From the IMG/VR virus record IMGVR_UViG_3300010399_000001, positions 1-64,000 of that record: DNA of 64,000 bases, one strand, 5' to 3'. Positions within the stretch are counted from its first letter, which is position 1; every line of letters begins with the position of its first letter. The translations under genes and the position numbers were made by a program. The DNA is from a virus. Of the stretch, positions 32,435 through 42,835 are shown piece by piece. Below the pieces are notes generated by a model. It saw nothing but the letters and a program-made list of their open reading frames with translations. It searched no databases and had not been told where the DNA came from.

Positions 32435-33510
32435 CTATAGACCTTTCCGTAGTGCTTCTCGCACAGCCCGTCGTAGACGTGCGTACGCGCACACCGCAAT
32501 CGCCAGCGCTGATATATGCATCTGCCCTGGTTCGCTTCCGACTCGCTCAGGCCTAGCGCCATGTCGTAGCGGCAGCACGCCCAGGAGACGATCGGGCCCG
32601 GCATCAGGTGGATGTTGTGATGCCATCGATGCCGGTAAGCCCTGCGACCTAGACCGGTCGGCTCATAGAGGAAGTGGCTGAGCGAGTCGATGCGGCCCCA
32701 CAGCCTCGCCCTCACGGCTTCAGGCCCGTGCAATGACGAAGGCTGATCAGTCCGATGACGTGGGCCAAGCACGTCTCATACGAGCCGAATCCGACGAACA
32801 CCGGATCTGCTTTGGGGTCATGAGTATCCACCTCAAAGAGATTCCAGTGATAGCCGGGATGGGTCGCGCGGTCCCGGTCATGCTTGATCTGATAGCGCCT
32901 CATGGCTCACCCGTACCAAGAGACGATCCACCAGCCGGGCTGGTTCTCACCCTCGGGAGGCTCGATACCGTTGCGCTCCAGCTCCTCCTCCAGCCTGTCC
33001 TCCCAGGCCAGCGGTACGGAAGTGCTCGGTAGCGGCTTGGGATAGCCACGCCACGCAGTCACCTTGCTGTCCTCGATGGCCAGGTAGCGCATGGGTGATG
33101 CATCAGAGCAGTGCCAGCTCCACTCCACACCGTCGATCGGCTTGGTGTTATGACCGGCCTTACGCTGTTCCCCCTCCTCGCCCCAGCAGTAGCCATAGAA
33201 GACGATCGCATCAGTCGAAACGCTCATTGCAGTTCCTTTCCTAGATAGAAGTGCGCGCCGGTGATCGCCGCCATGTTCACCAGGCCGTTGACTGTCATGC
33301 CGTCGTCGATCATCGATGCGCCGAGGGACGACAGGATGAGCAGAGTCGCACCGATGTGCTCCGGTGGAATACCTTCCAGCTCCTTACTCATCACCTCCAT
33401 GCACGCGCTGCCGATCAGCACTGCACCTGGCTTGGTGGCGCGTTGCAGTGCCAGTTGCTTGTCGGCATGGGTTGCCAGCTGGTCCAGCAGTCCCACATCC
33501 ATGTGCGCTC

Positions 33511-33819
33511 CTATGTCAACTGCGGCGCTGCGCGCCGAACGGGTGAGAACTTGCGCGCCAACTTCTTCAGGCGCTTCTTGGTCTTGTCGCCACCGCCACC
33601 GTTCCACCACACCCACAGATAGAAGGCGGTCCAGATCGCATCCCACACTGCGCCCCATCGGTCATGCTCCATGACCGATGCGATCAGGAAGTTGCCACCT
33701 GACAGCGCGTACCAACCGCACGCTCGCCAGAAGCCGAATCTGCGCAGCCATATCAGTAGCCCGATCCACTGGCTGAGCATGCCCGCCCACATGAAGATCC
33801 CTTCTAGGGCATCTTTCAT
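33511..33819 (-). CDS. Membrane protein, paralog family B
   Basis: WWNGGGGDKTKKRLKKLARKFSPVRRAAP. Confidence 0.65.
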   Translation of the reverse strand: MKDALEGIFMWAGMLSQWIGLLIWLRRFGFWRACGWYALSGGNFLIASVMEHDRWGAVWDAIWTAFYLWVWWNGGGGDKTKKRLKKLARKFSPVRRAAPQLT

Positions 33820-34691
33820 GGTTCGACCAGGTCGATCACGACCTTGCGAGATTTGCGACGGTAGATCTCCAGTCGATCGTGCACGCCCCACCAGGACACG
33901 TGGGCAGCGCAGTAGTCCTCCAGCTCCCAGTTCTGCTCCAGCTCGACGAACAGGTCGTCATCGCCGCAGCAGCCCTCCATGCCCTCGCCGATGTAGACGA
34001 AGGTGTCACCCCCGTAGATCTGGAGCGCCTTCGTGGCGTAGTCAGCTTCATACACCGGCCAACTGATCATCAACGCGCGGTCGGGATAGCCCGCAGCGAC
34101 CTGCTGGTCACCATCTTTCACGGGGTGGTAGAGCTTGTGGGTATTGAAGCCGTTTCCTTCACCGGGCGGCCTCGGATCGTAGGCGTCTACCTGCATGCCA
34201 GCTTGGGTCAGCTGCCACGCCCAGTAGCCGGAGCCTGCCCCGACCTCCACTATGTCCTGACCCATGAGCCTGTCCTCCAGCCACTTGATGTCGCCGCTAG
34301 TCGGTATCGCCCAGCTGTAACGGGCGCACAGGTGGAAGCGGGTCAGCCCGGCATTCGCCGCTTCTATCATCGCCTCGGGATGCAGAGTCCAGGACCAGTA
34401 GCCGTCCGGCTCGATCATCGGGTTGAACAGATATGGCCGTCCGGGGATGCGCCGCACGATGTCCCAGTAGGGATTGTCGATGCCATTCGGAATCGGCTGG
34501 TCGAAGTCGGAACGGATGATGGGTTTGTTCTCGTAACGCGAACCTGGTGTGAAAGCACCCAGGAACGAGGTTCGAGAGTCGGCCCGCTCATACGGTGCGC
34601 TGGCCAACCTGTCCGCGAGGCGTATCAGTTGCTCCTCGGGAAGGTAGGCCAGCGGGGTGCCGTCGAGCAGGTAGGGCTCCCCTTCGCTCAT
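33816..34691 (-). CDS. Class I SAM-dependent methyltransferase (substrate unknown)
   Basis: IVEVGAGSGYWA motif I. Confidence 0.75.
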   Translation of the reverse strand: MSEGEPYLLDGTPLAYLPEEQLIRLADRLASAPYERADSRTSFLGAFTPGSRYENKPIIRSDFDQPIPNGIDNPYWDIVRRIPGRPYLFNPMIEPDGYWSWTLHPEAMIEAANAGLTRFHLCARYSWAIPTSGDIKWLEDRLMGQDIVEVGAGSGYWAWQLTQAGMQVDAYDPRPPGEGNGFNTHKLYHPVKDGDQQVAAGYPDRALMISWPVYEADYATKALQIYGGDTFVYIGEGMEGCCGDDDLFVELEQNWELEDYCAAHVSWWGVHDRLEIYRRKSRKVVIDLVEP

Positions 34692-35581
34692 GCCGCCGGA
34701 CACCAGACGACTTCGCACGCGTGACGCACCGGGTCCCAGATCTCAACCTGAGTGCGCAATCCCTGCGCGCACCCCTCCAGGAAGTACTGGTCCTTCACCG
34801 CCTCAGTCTTCGCGACGCGGTGATGGGAGCTATGAGCGCCATCGTCGTACGTGGAGACCATCCAAACCGGGTGCATCACAACTCCATTCCACATGGCGCG
34901 ACTTCGAGCATCGCGCTGTCGCCTATGCGCATCACGTACTTACCGCCGGGTAAGCCGCCGGGTACCTCGTCGTCTATGTAGTAGGCCGCAAGGGCTGGGC
35001 AGGGATCGTCCAACGTGCAGCCGCAGTCCGGGTTGGGTCTACCGGCGGACCATCTCTGCCCATCGTCATCGCCGACTTCCAGCTCATGCCACAGACCAGC
35101 CATCAATCATCCGTCTCATTGATCAGGCCGTTGTCGTCCAACAGCCAGAAGTCGGTGACCAAATCGGCAATGCGCGCCGCCTTCAGCCCGTCGCAGGTTC
35201 CAGATTCAAGGGCGCGGAGATCTCGGGCCAGTCTTATCCGGCGCACGACGTAGCTCACCGTTCCTAGCCCGTACTCGATGAACAAGACGATCCCCAGGGT
35301 CGCGGTGGCGATGCCGATGCAGGCCAGAAGCCCGATCTCGCCCTTCGTCAAGTGCGCTCCCAGTCTCAGGAAGTAGTAGATCAACGACATTGGTGCTCTC
35401 GCATGGGTCGGATTTTGAGTATTGTAGCATGTTCCCGAGGGCATGAGCAATGCCCGCGTAACCCATGACGAGCCCGCCGATGATGGCGACCACTGCCACC
35501 GTGATGGTCAGATAGACCATCTGGTGCTGGAAGTTGATGAAGACGCCGTAGTGCCGCACCCTGGGAACCATCTTGATCACG

Positions 35582-36229
35582 TCAGTCGCTGAACAGGGTC
35601 GAACTCTGCGCAACGGATGACGGCTTCGCGCCAGCGGCGAGGTTCAGCTTGACGGTGTTGGACAGGTTCTCCAGGCGCGCGTCCGCATAGAGGACCGGGC
35701 CGTCCCAGTAGATGTACACGCCGTCCGGGGTGAAGAAGAACTTGCCCATGTCACCACCCTCGTTCTTCCCGAACGAGAGGTCGTCACCCGGCAGCTCCAC
35801 CGTGAGGTTGCCGCCGCCGCTGGAGCCAGTCGAGGAGTACACCCCGACAGCGGTGGTCATGGACGACTGGGTGGAGGAGACCTTGCCGAGGACCGGCACC
35901 TCCATGATCAGCTCGCCGTTCGGGCTGAACAGATACGCCCAGCCGGTCTTGGTCTTCTGGTTGAACCGCAGGAGCTTCTCGCGCTGCTGGTGAAGCTCCA
36001 GCGAACTCTTCATCAGCGAGAGCGGGTACGCCTGGCTGGGGTCCGCCTTGACCTGGTTCCACGCCTTGTAGGACAGCTCACCCTGCTGCACTACCAGGTC
36101 GTTGACGCTACCGGCGTTCTGCGTCAGGTCCGTGCCGGTGTTGCCGCCTGACGAGCCAGAGCAGGCTGCGGCTGTACTACCGAGCGCTGCCACCGCTACC
36201 CCGCCGGTCAGAAGCTTGCGACGATCCAT
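35582..36229 (-). CDS. Putative Tat-exported lipoprotein
   Basis: MDRRKLL twin-arginine motif, hydrophobic core, AAAC lipobox. Confidence 0.7.
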   Translation of the reverse strand: MDRRKLLTGGVAVAALGSTAAACSGSSGGNTGTDLTQNAGSVNDLVVQQGELSYKAWNQVKADPSQAYPLSLMKSSLELHQQREKLLRFNQKTKTGWAYLFSPNGELIMEVPVLGKVSSTQSSMTTAVGVYSSTGSSGGGNLTVELPGDDLSFGKNEGGDMGKFFFTPDGVYIYWDGPVLYADARLENLSNTVKLNLAAGAKPSSVAQSSTLFSD

Positions 36230-36254
36230 ATTCCCCTCGTTATCCCTGTTGTCG

Positions 36255-36680
36255 TTACTGGCACACGTCGACGCTGAAGCTCGGCGGATCGTCCGCCGGA
36301 CGCCAGTCCTTCATGTTCATGTCGCCAGCATCCTTGTTGTACTCCTCGACCGCCTGAGTGCAGACGCTCTTGTCGAGGGCGAGCTGGGCCCTATCACCGG
36401 TATCGGTCGGCCGATCTCCGAACTGATCCTTGTCCGAGCGGATCTTGATGATGTCGGCGGTGATCTCGCCGTTGAGCTGGTTGAACGCATCCTGCGCCGT
36501 GGCGCGGTTGGTGGCGTCGTTGTTCTGGATCTGCTGCTGAGCCGCACCGCGCGCCGGAGCGAGCGCGGCGTCGATCTTCCAGCCGATCAGAGACAGACCG
36601 CCAGCCACACACATGACCACCACCACCGCGATGATCCATGCGGTCACCACGCCTACGGCGTCACGCAACGCATCGAACAA
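36255..36680 (-). CDS. Membrane-anchored protein
   Basis: N-terminal transmembrane helix followed by a coiled region. Confidence 0.6.
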   Translation of the reverse strand: MFDALRDAVGVVTAWIIAVVVVMCVAGGLSLIGWKIDAALAPARGAAQQQIQNNDATNRATAQDAFNQLNGEITADIIKIRSDKDQFGDRPTDTGDRAQLALDKSVCTQAVEEYNKDAGDMNMKDWRPADDPPSFSVDVCQ

Positions 36681-37456
36681 GTTGACCCCCTGCTGGTATG
36701 GAAATTCGTTGAGGGACCACGCGGGCGCGTGGTCTCATCCGGTTCGCGATCCTCGCCCGGTCGACCATGATCGACGCCAGCTGAGCGGGACTCACCGAGC
36801 CGATGCCGAGCATGCCCGCGTCGTCGTAGAACCGCTGGACGAACTGTTGCAGTTGAGCCTTGCGCCTCTTCAGCAGCTCCAGCCAGTGCCTGTGGAAGTC
36901 GTACTCGAACTCCAGCAGCCACTCATACACCGGGTGCCCCGGAGCGATCATCTCGCCGCGTACGGTGAAGACCCTGACAGTACTCGGTTCCGCTGATGGC
37001 ACATGCGCCGGGCTAGCGGTACCGTCCTCGGGATGCACGTAGGCATGACGCGCCTGGTGCTTACTGCGTCCCCATCCCATTTCTTTCACCCTTCCAGTCG
37101 ATGCGCCGCTGCGCCCGGAGCCTGCGAGCAGCGTAGCACATTGCGCGCGCTATGGCACGCTGTTGCTATGCGGCTTTCCTAACCCCACAGAGTGCAGACC
37201 CATTCGGGCTTGCTCTGCGTTTTGCCGTTCACCAGGGTGGGGGCGTTGCGCAGTTCGATCTTGATGCAACGCCCCCACGCCGGGTCTGGATGCAGCCGGT
37301 ACCAGGTGCCATACGCGGCCATTGCGATAACGAACGTCATCATCATCACTCCGCCGAGGGCGGCGAAGAACCTGATGCCGATATCCAGGCGGAACGTGAA
37401 GAACGAGCCGATCGCAAGCCACGCGGTACCGACACCGACCAGCACCCAGAACAGGG

Positions 37457-37936
37457 TCATGCGATCTTCACGCCCATGTCCCACAGCGCGCGCAATTGAC
37501 CGGCGGTCATCTTGAACATGGTCGTTATGCATGTCGCGATGTGCTCCGCGCCGCCCTCGACGGCCGCATTGAACAGGGCTATGCATGCGTCCGGATCACG
37601 GTTGGCGTAGGCGATGCCGAAGCGTCCTGCGAACAGGAAGTCCTCGGGCGGGTCGTCCATGGCCTTGCCCGTGGTCGTGTCGACGACGCTCTCGAACCCG
37701 TAGAAGGCACCCTCTGGCAGCTTGCCGATCGTCTGCCTGTAGTACGTCTCGGCGATACTGCCTAGACCGAACAGGCAGATCAGACCCTGGGCGCTGCTGT
37801 CACCCAAGGCCTCAGCCAGTGCGTGACCTCCACCCTCCAGGTTGCCGGATGCCGCCATGGCGACTGCGCGGTGCACCTCGCGGATGCGCTCGCGATAGCC
37901 AGAGACCTTCTCGCACGGGCCGTTCTCGTCACACAT
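37457..37936 (-). CDS. Hypothetical protein, paralog family A
   Basis: AGRFGIAYANRD...ALF. Confidence 0.6.
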   Translation of the reverse strand: MCDENGPCEKVSGYRERIREVHRAVAMAASGNLEGGGHALAEALGDSSAQGLICLFGLGSIAETYYRQTIGKLPEGAFYGFESVVDTTTGKAMDDPPEDFLFAGRFGIAYANRDPDACIALFNAAVEGGAEHIATCITTMFKMTAGQLRALWDMGVKIA

Positions 37937-38172
37937 CGGCCGCCTCCGATGATGAGGAGCGGCCCAGTACGGCTGTGACCTGGCTACGCGCAGCGCGGTG
38001 CATGGTGCCGAGCCTGTCCTTCAGGACCAGCTTGCCGTCCTCGAACCGCTCGATGATGCAGGTGGTCTCGTGCCGGTCTCCATTGAACTGAACGGAGACC
38101 TTGTCCCCCTGCGTGAGGGATTCCAACTGAGTTGATGAAAGACCGCTCCCCATCATTGGGGCTACTCCCGTT

Positions 38173-38769
38173 CTATCGCTGGGCGCACTGAGCCTGACTG
38201 AAGCGGATGGTGGGACCGAAGTTCTCGATCACCTTCACGCCGTCGTGGAACATGGCCATGTAGATCTTGTACTGGCCGGGCACGCAGTACGCGAATGTTG
38301 TGTAGTGGCTGGTGTCCGGGAATTGCAACGGAGCGCCCGGGATGACCTTGATCGACTCCGGCGCCTCGAACCAGATGGCGTGCGTGACGTTGAAGGTCCA
38401 GATCGACAGCTTGAACGTGACGCCGGTGGGTGGGGTGCCGGTGCAGTATCCGAACACGTCGGCATCCACCTTGCCGCCGCCAGCGATCAGGCCGCTGACG
38501 CTCTCCAGGTAGAGATTGCAGTCGTAGACTCCGACGCCGATGATGATGTGGTTCGGCAGGTTGGGTCGCGGCTCGGCGTCGACCTTGGGACTTGGTGCGG
38601 AATTGCCGCACGGGTTGAAGCTGTAGCCGCAGTCACTGCCGCCCGAACCGCTGTTGCTGCCGCTGTTGCTGCTACCGCTGCCGCTCTTGCTGTCGCAAGT
38701 CGAAGCCATGGTCAGCGGTAAGATCGCGCAGGCTGCGATAGCCGCCAGAGCGCGCTGGTACATCTTCAT
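38173..38769 (-). CDS. Secreted protein or lipoprotein with Ser/Gly linker
   Basis: Signal peptide ending MASTC, followed by SGSGSSNSGSNSGSGG. Confidence 0.65.
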   Translation of the reverse strand: MKMYQRALAAIAACAILPLTMASTCDSKSGSGSSNSGSNSGSGGSDCGYSFNPCGNSAPSPKVDAEPRPNLPNHIIIGVGVYDCNLYLESVSGLIAGGGKVDADVFGYCTGTPPTGVTFKLSIWTFNVTHAIWFEAPESIKVIPGAPLQFPDTSHYTTFAYCVPGQYKIYMAMFHDGVKVIENFGPTIRFSQAQCAQR

Positions 38770-39090
38770 GGTTCCCTCCTTCTACATGAGTTCGTGCGCC
38801 GGGCTCGGGGGAAGGCGAGCCCGGCGCGTTCGGTCGTTACTTCTGCGACTCGGTCTGATCCGCGCCCGACTCGTCGATGAACTTCTTGACGCTCTCGGCC
38901 AGGGCGGTCATCGCAGTCGCGACACCGAGGCCGAACACGGCCGGGTGCTGCTTGTCCTTGACGACCTTGACCAGCCCGAGACCGGTGCTGATCAAAGCCA
39001 CTCCGGCGACGCGGATCAGCTCCAGCGTCTCCCTCTTCTTATCCACGGTCCTCCTCAGTTGTGGTGCCACCCGCAGCGGATCGTGCGGGC

Positions 39091-39172
39091 TGGTGCCGGG
39101 GACGGGGTTCGAACCCGCACTGGGGCTGTGGCTTTTGAGACCCGCCGCCTCTGTTAGTTGGGCCACCCCGGC
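39091..39172 (-). tRNA. tRNA-Leu(CAA), atypical
   Basis: GCCGGGG/CCCCGGC acceptor with ACCA end; T-loop GGTTCGAACCC; loop CTCAAAA; D-loop lacks GG and the anticodon stem is weak. Confidence 0.7.
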
Positions 39173-39595
39173 TGCCTGGCTACAGGGCGATGAGGCGCAG
39201 GTTCTCTACCTCGCGACGCAGATGGCCCTTCGCGAACAACTCCGTAGCCAAATCATCATTGGCGAACGTGATGATGAAGTCGCCAGCGCCGAGGCAGCGG
39301 ATGATCCGGATCTCGAAACCGATCGAGAGTTCCTCCATCTCGTCGGCCGTCTCCGGCTCCGGTACCGGCCTACCGTCCGAGTACTCGATGCGCGCCAGCA
39401 CCATGCTGTCGATGGTGCTTGCGGCGTCAGCCCTCGCGAGTAGGGCATTGAGCCAATTGGTGGTGTGCGTGTTGAATCGCTCGGCCAGCACCCTGCGTCG
39501 CAGGCCCATCTCAGCCGCCATGGAGTACCCCTCTCTCATGAGCGCGCTCGCGCTCTTGCGAGCATCGTAGCATAGCGCTGAGCGGAAGGGCACTG

Positions 39596-39955
39596 CTAGC
39601 GAGCGCGCACGCGGATCTCTATCCCGGTCTTGGGCCAGCGCACTCCCTCGACGTAAGACACCCTCAGCAGGTGTCTGGAGTTATCGTCAGGCAGGACGCC
39701 AGCATCGACTATCCCGTCGATAAGCGGCTTGGCCGAACTGGAGTAGTTGCTCGGGTCCAGACGGCGGGTGCGATTGCCGGGGTGCACGATGACCTCGATC
39801 TCCGCCTTCTCCAGCGGCGGTATCTTGCGCACCTTCGCAAGGGTCATACCCGTAAGGCGCAGAGCTTTGACCCGCTTCATCTTCACCGCCCAGTGCAGCC
39901 TGTCATTGCTGCTCAGCAGCGGCATCTGCGGTACGGCTAGAGTCCACTCACGCAC
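39596..39955 (-). CDS. RusA-like Holliday junction resolvase
   Basis: RRLDPSNY...KPLIDGIVDAGVLPDDN. Confidence 0.75.
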   Translation of the reverse strand: MREWTLAVPQMPLLSSNDRLHWAVKMKRVKALRLTGMTLAKVRKIPPLEKAEIEVIVHPGNRTRRLDPSNYSSSAKPLIDGIVDAGVLPDDNSRHLLRVSYVEGVRWPKTGIEIRVRAR

Positions 39956-40562
39956 GTATCGCCACCGCCAGGGATAGCCAGCGGTCTTGACCCCATTCCG
40001 TTCCGCAGGTGCGGCAGCGGATAGAGGTCGCATAGGGGCTGGCCCATAGCGGAGTGCCACATGGCTTGCCGCTTACATCCTCCGGGCACAGACCGATCTG
40101 ACGCGAGTCGCCCTTGCCGTCGATCTCGGCACGGCACGTCTGGTGCAGGTCTCGTATCTCGCTGACGAAGTCCTGCGGGGCGGGATGCTTGTCTGCCGCC
40201 CATGGCCAGTTGGCTCGCAGGAACTTGCACGCGCCCACCACGGACTGCTCGATGGTGCCACGGAACGGTCGCCTAGACCAGGCGAGGATCTCGCGCCAGT
40301 CGTCCTCCCAGGAGTGCAGGATCGCAACCATGCTGCCGCCGGATCGCAGGGCGAGAGGGCCGAGGCGAACGGGTAGCGGAGGAGTCTTGGAGCCGGAGAC
40401 CCTATCGCCCGAGCCCGAGCCGGGAGCCAATACGGCTTCGAGAGAACGGTAAAGCTCCGGCAGCTCGGAGATGTTGCGGTCCGTCACCTCGGCGCAGCGG
40501 TTGCAGATGCGAAGCCTGCTCGGGCGAGAACACGAGAGGCAGGAGGTGACCAGTTGGTCCAT
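39948..40562 (-). CDS. Zn-finger phage protein
   Basis: N-terminal and C-terminal CxxC pairs. Confidence 0.55.
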   Translation of the reverse strand: MDQLVTSCLSCSRPSRLRICNRCAEVTDRNISELPELYRSLEAVLAPGSGSGDRVSGSKTPPLPVRLGPLALRSGGSMVAILHSWEDDWREILAWSRRPFRGTIEQSVVGACKFLRANWPWAADKHPAPQDFVSEIRDLHQTCRAEIDGKGDSRQIGLCPEDVSGKPCGTPLWASPYATSIRCRTCGTEWGQDRWLSLAVAIRA

Positions 40563-40640
40563 AAGAAAACTCCCCGGTATGGATGACCTCTCACGAGAGT
40601 ACCGCCATACCGGGGAATATCTACCAGTTGGTCTCTGGAT

Positions 40641-41522
40641 CTATGCGTCTGGGCTGTATCCGGCATCCTTGGCGAGGTCCTTTGCGGCGGCCTCGGCGGC
40701 TGCCCACGGGTCCTCATCCACGATGTGCTCCTCGACGACCTCGCCCTCCATGGTCTCGGTCACCTCGATAGGATCAGCCTTCGGAGTCAGATCCAGGCGC
40801 ACGCCGCCATCCACGGACATGCCGATCATCAGCTCCGGCGACTTGGGCAGCAGCTTGGCCAGGCGCAGCACCGTGGTCTTCTTGGCCATCTCGTCGAAGT
40901 GGTCGCGCCACGGGCCGAGGATCACGCCCTCCTTGGTCTTGGCCATGGCGAACTTGTCGCGGTGCTTCTCCGCATCGGACTTGCTCAGCACCTCGAACTT
41001 CACGCCGTTCGGATTCATCTGCGCCACCGAGTAGTACGCGATCGGCTCACCGCGATCGCCGAACAGCATCGGCTTGTGCTTGAGCTTCGGCTTGAGACCG
41101 TAGTCCACATCGAACTTGTCGTTGGCGTAGACGGTGTACGCATCCAGGGTCGCGATGCGACTGGAGCGGTACGCCAGCTCCGCATATCCCTGATAGCCGA
41201 TGATCAGCTGAGCCTGGAACGAGCGCGACTTGCCGTTCCATAGCGGCAGCAGCCATGCCTGGCCCAGTACAGCCGGACGCAGGCCGAGCTGCGCGCAGGT
41301 CATCAGGCCACCCATGACACTGGTGGCGTCGCACTGGGCCAGCTTCGGAGTCTTACTCAGGCACGTCAGTGCATCGCGCACAAGCTGCGCTGCCTCGAAT
41401 CCGCGCGGCATCGCGGCCTGGAACTGCTCGGTCATCGTCTGGATCTGCTGACGCAGGGTGATGGTCGGGCGCTGAGCAGGGTCTGACTGAGCCGCCACGC
41501 GAGAGGCGAGATCGGTACCCAT
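40641..41522 (-). CDS. recT: RecT-family recombinase (single-strand annealing protein)
   Basis: CAQLGLRP...GQAWLLP...AQLIIGYQGY...W..HFDEMAKKTTVLRLAKLLPKS. Confidence 0.92.
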   Translation of the reverse strand: MGTDLASRVAAQSDPAQRPTITLRQQIQTMTEQFQAAMPRGFEAAQLVRDALTCLSKTPKLAQCDATSVMGGLMTCAQLGLRPAVLGQAWLLPLWNGKSRSFQAQLIIGYQGYAELAYRSSRIATLDAYTVYANDKFDVDYGLKPKLKHKPMLFGDRGEPIAYYSVAQMNPNGVKFEVLSKSDAEKHRDKFAMAKTKEGVILGPWRDHFDEMAKKTTVLRLAKLLPKSPELMIGMSVDGGVRLDLTPKADPIEVTETMEGEVVEEHIVDEDPWAAAEAAAKDLAKDAGYSPDA

Positions 41523-41529
41523 GATCCTC

Positions 41530-42546
41530 CTAGATCTTGTGTGCGGGAAGGAAACGTCGCGACCGGAAGGGAGTGACCTGATCGCCTTGGGCAGAGAACA
41601 GCGCCGCCGTGTCCAGCGCGGGGCGAAGGATCGTGTAATGATCCGCGACTTCCGGCAGGGCGGACCGTAGAGATACCTCATCCACGGGGCCTGTATTGCG
41701 CCAGGAGACCACGGGGCGGCTCTGCCATGTACCGATCACGGCATCGCCGAGTTCGGCCGCTACGCGGGCGCGCAGCTCCTCTCTGGCGGCACCGATCTCC
41801 CGCATCTGCCTGGTCATCTTCTTGTACTCCGCCAGAGCGGCATAGGCGTCAGCGGACAGCTCCACCGATGCGTTCGGATCGCCGTGCGGGTGCAGATGGT
41901 CGAGGATCGCGCTGTCCAGCGGATGCGATCCCAGAGGGGGAGGCGTCGCCGTCTCGACCAGAGACCAGAACTCAGCCTCGATCTTGGTCAGGTCATCGAT
42001 CAGGGCCTCGTCACGCTCCACGATGCGCATCTGCGGCTCCTGGCCCCAGATGCCGACCACCACGTAGGCGCGGCGCTTACCGGTAACGGACATGCCGTGC
42101 TGGACCTGAAGTTCGGCATGGTCGGAGACCTTGCCGTCCCCCCATTCCTCGGCGTTCCAAGGGCTGGTGGTCTTGAACTCCACCAGCGAGTCATCCTCGG
42201 CCAGACGGTCGGGGGTGTAAAGCTGCCAGGGCAGGTCGGGGTGGCCGAGCATGCCGCACCGATAGGCGGGAATACCGGTCTGCTCGGTGAACCAGTCCGC
42301 CAGGGGCTGCTCCAGGATGTGACCCCAGCGCATCTGCGGAGTCTCTTCGACCTGCGGAGCATCGGGGTGGCCGACCTTCTCCAGCCATACACCCATGGGG
42401 GAGCGCCACGGGCTGAGACCCGTGACTGCGAGAGCATCGGAGCCTCCGAGTCCCGAGCGGCGCAGCTCCAGCCACGCCGCTCGGTCAGTCTCGGGCTCAC
42501 TCAGGACGCGTACGCCCTGCGGTATGAGAGAGACGGGGTTCGGCAC
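41530..42546 (-). CDS. YqaJ/RecE-like exonuclease
   Basis: WLELRRSGLGGSDA...WGHILE...TPDR...VEFKT...QVQHGM. Confidence 0.9.
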   Translation of the reverse strand: MPNPVSLIPQGVRVLSEPETDRAAWLELRRSGLGGSDALAVTGLSPWRSPMGVWLEKVGHPDAPQVEETPQMRWGHILEQPLADWFTEQTGIPAYRCGMLGHPDLPWQLYTPDRLAEDDSLVEFKTTSPWNAEEWGDGKVSDHAELQVQHGMSVTGKRRAYVVVGIWGQEPQMRIVERDEALIDDLTKIEAEFWSLVETATPPPLGSHPLDSAILDHLHPHGDPNASVELSADAYAALAEYKKMTRQMREIGAAREELRARVAAELGDAVIGTWQSRPVVSWRNTGPVDEVSLRSALPEVADHYTILRPALDTAALFSAQGDQVTPFRSRRFLPAHKI

Positions 42547-42554
42547 ACTACTCC

Positions 42555-42779
42555 TCAGTGCCTGGCTGCAAGCTCGACGCGCCTGCGGTGATTCTGTCGC
42601 AGGTCAATGCCGGTTGTCAGCCGGATGTCGCGGATGGTGTTCTGTCGCCATCGCCAGTCACTTGGAGTGTACGGCAGGGTACCGACGCGCCGATCTCCGA
42701 TCCAGAGTCCATAGTGCGTGCCGCCGTCGATGCGCGCGTCTATGCCAGCACCGCGCAGCACTCGTATGAACTGCTTCAC
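42555..42779 (-). CDS. HicA-like small protein
   Basis: GGTHY...TPSDWR pattern of phage HicA-like proteins. Confidence 0.55.
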   Translation of the reverse strand: MKQFIRVLRGAGIDARIDGGTHYGLWIGDRRVGTLPYTPSDWRWRQNTIRDIRLTTGIDLRQNHRRRVELAARH

Positions 42780-42835
42780 ATCGCTCCTCCTACTCGTGAG
42801 TACCACCTCCTCGGTAGGAGCATCGTAGCATATTG

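Noticed and set aside
38837-39166. 109-aa ORF as given
   Set aside because: Its 5' part is the tRNA-Leu gene; any real gene starts downstream of the tRNA
39091-39172. bldA-like tRNA or integration att site
   Set aside because: The anticodon is CAA rather than UAA; no integrase or duplicated tRNA end is seen in the window
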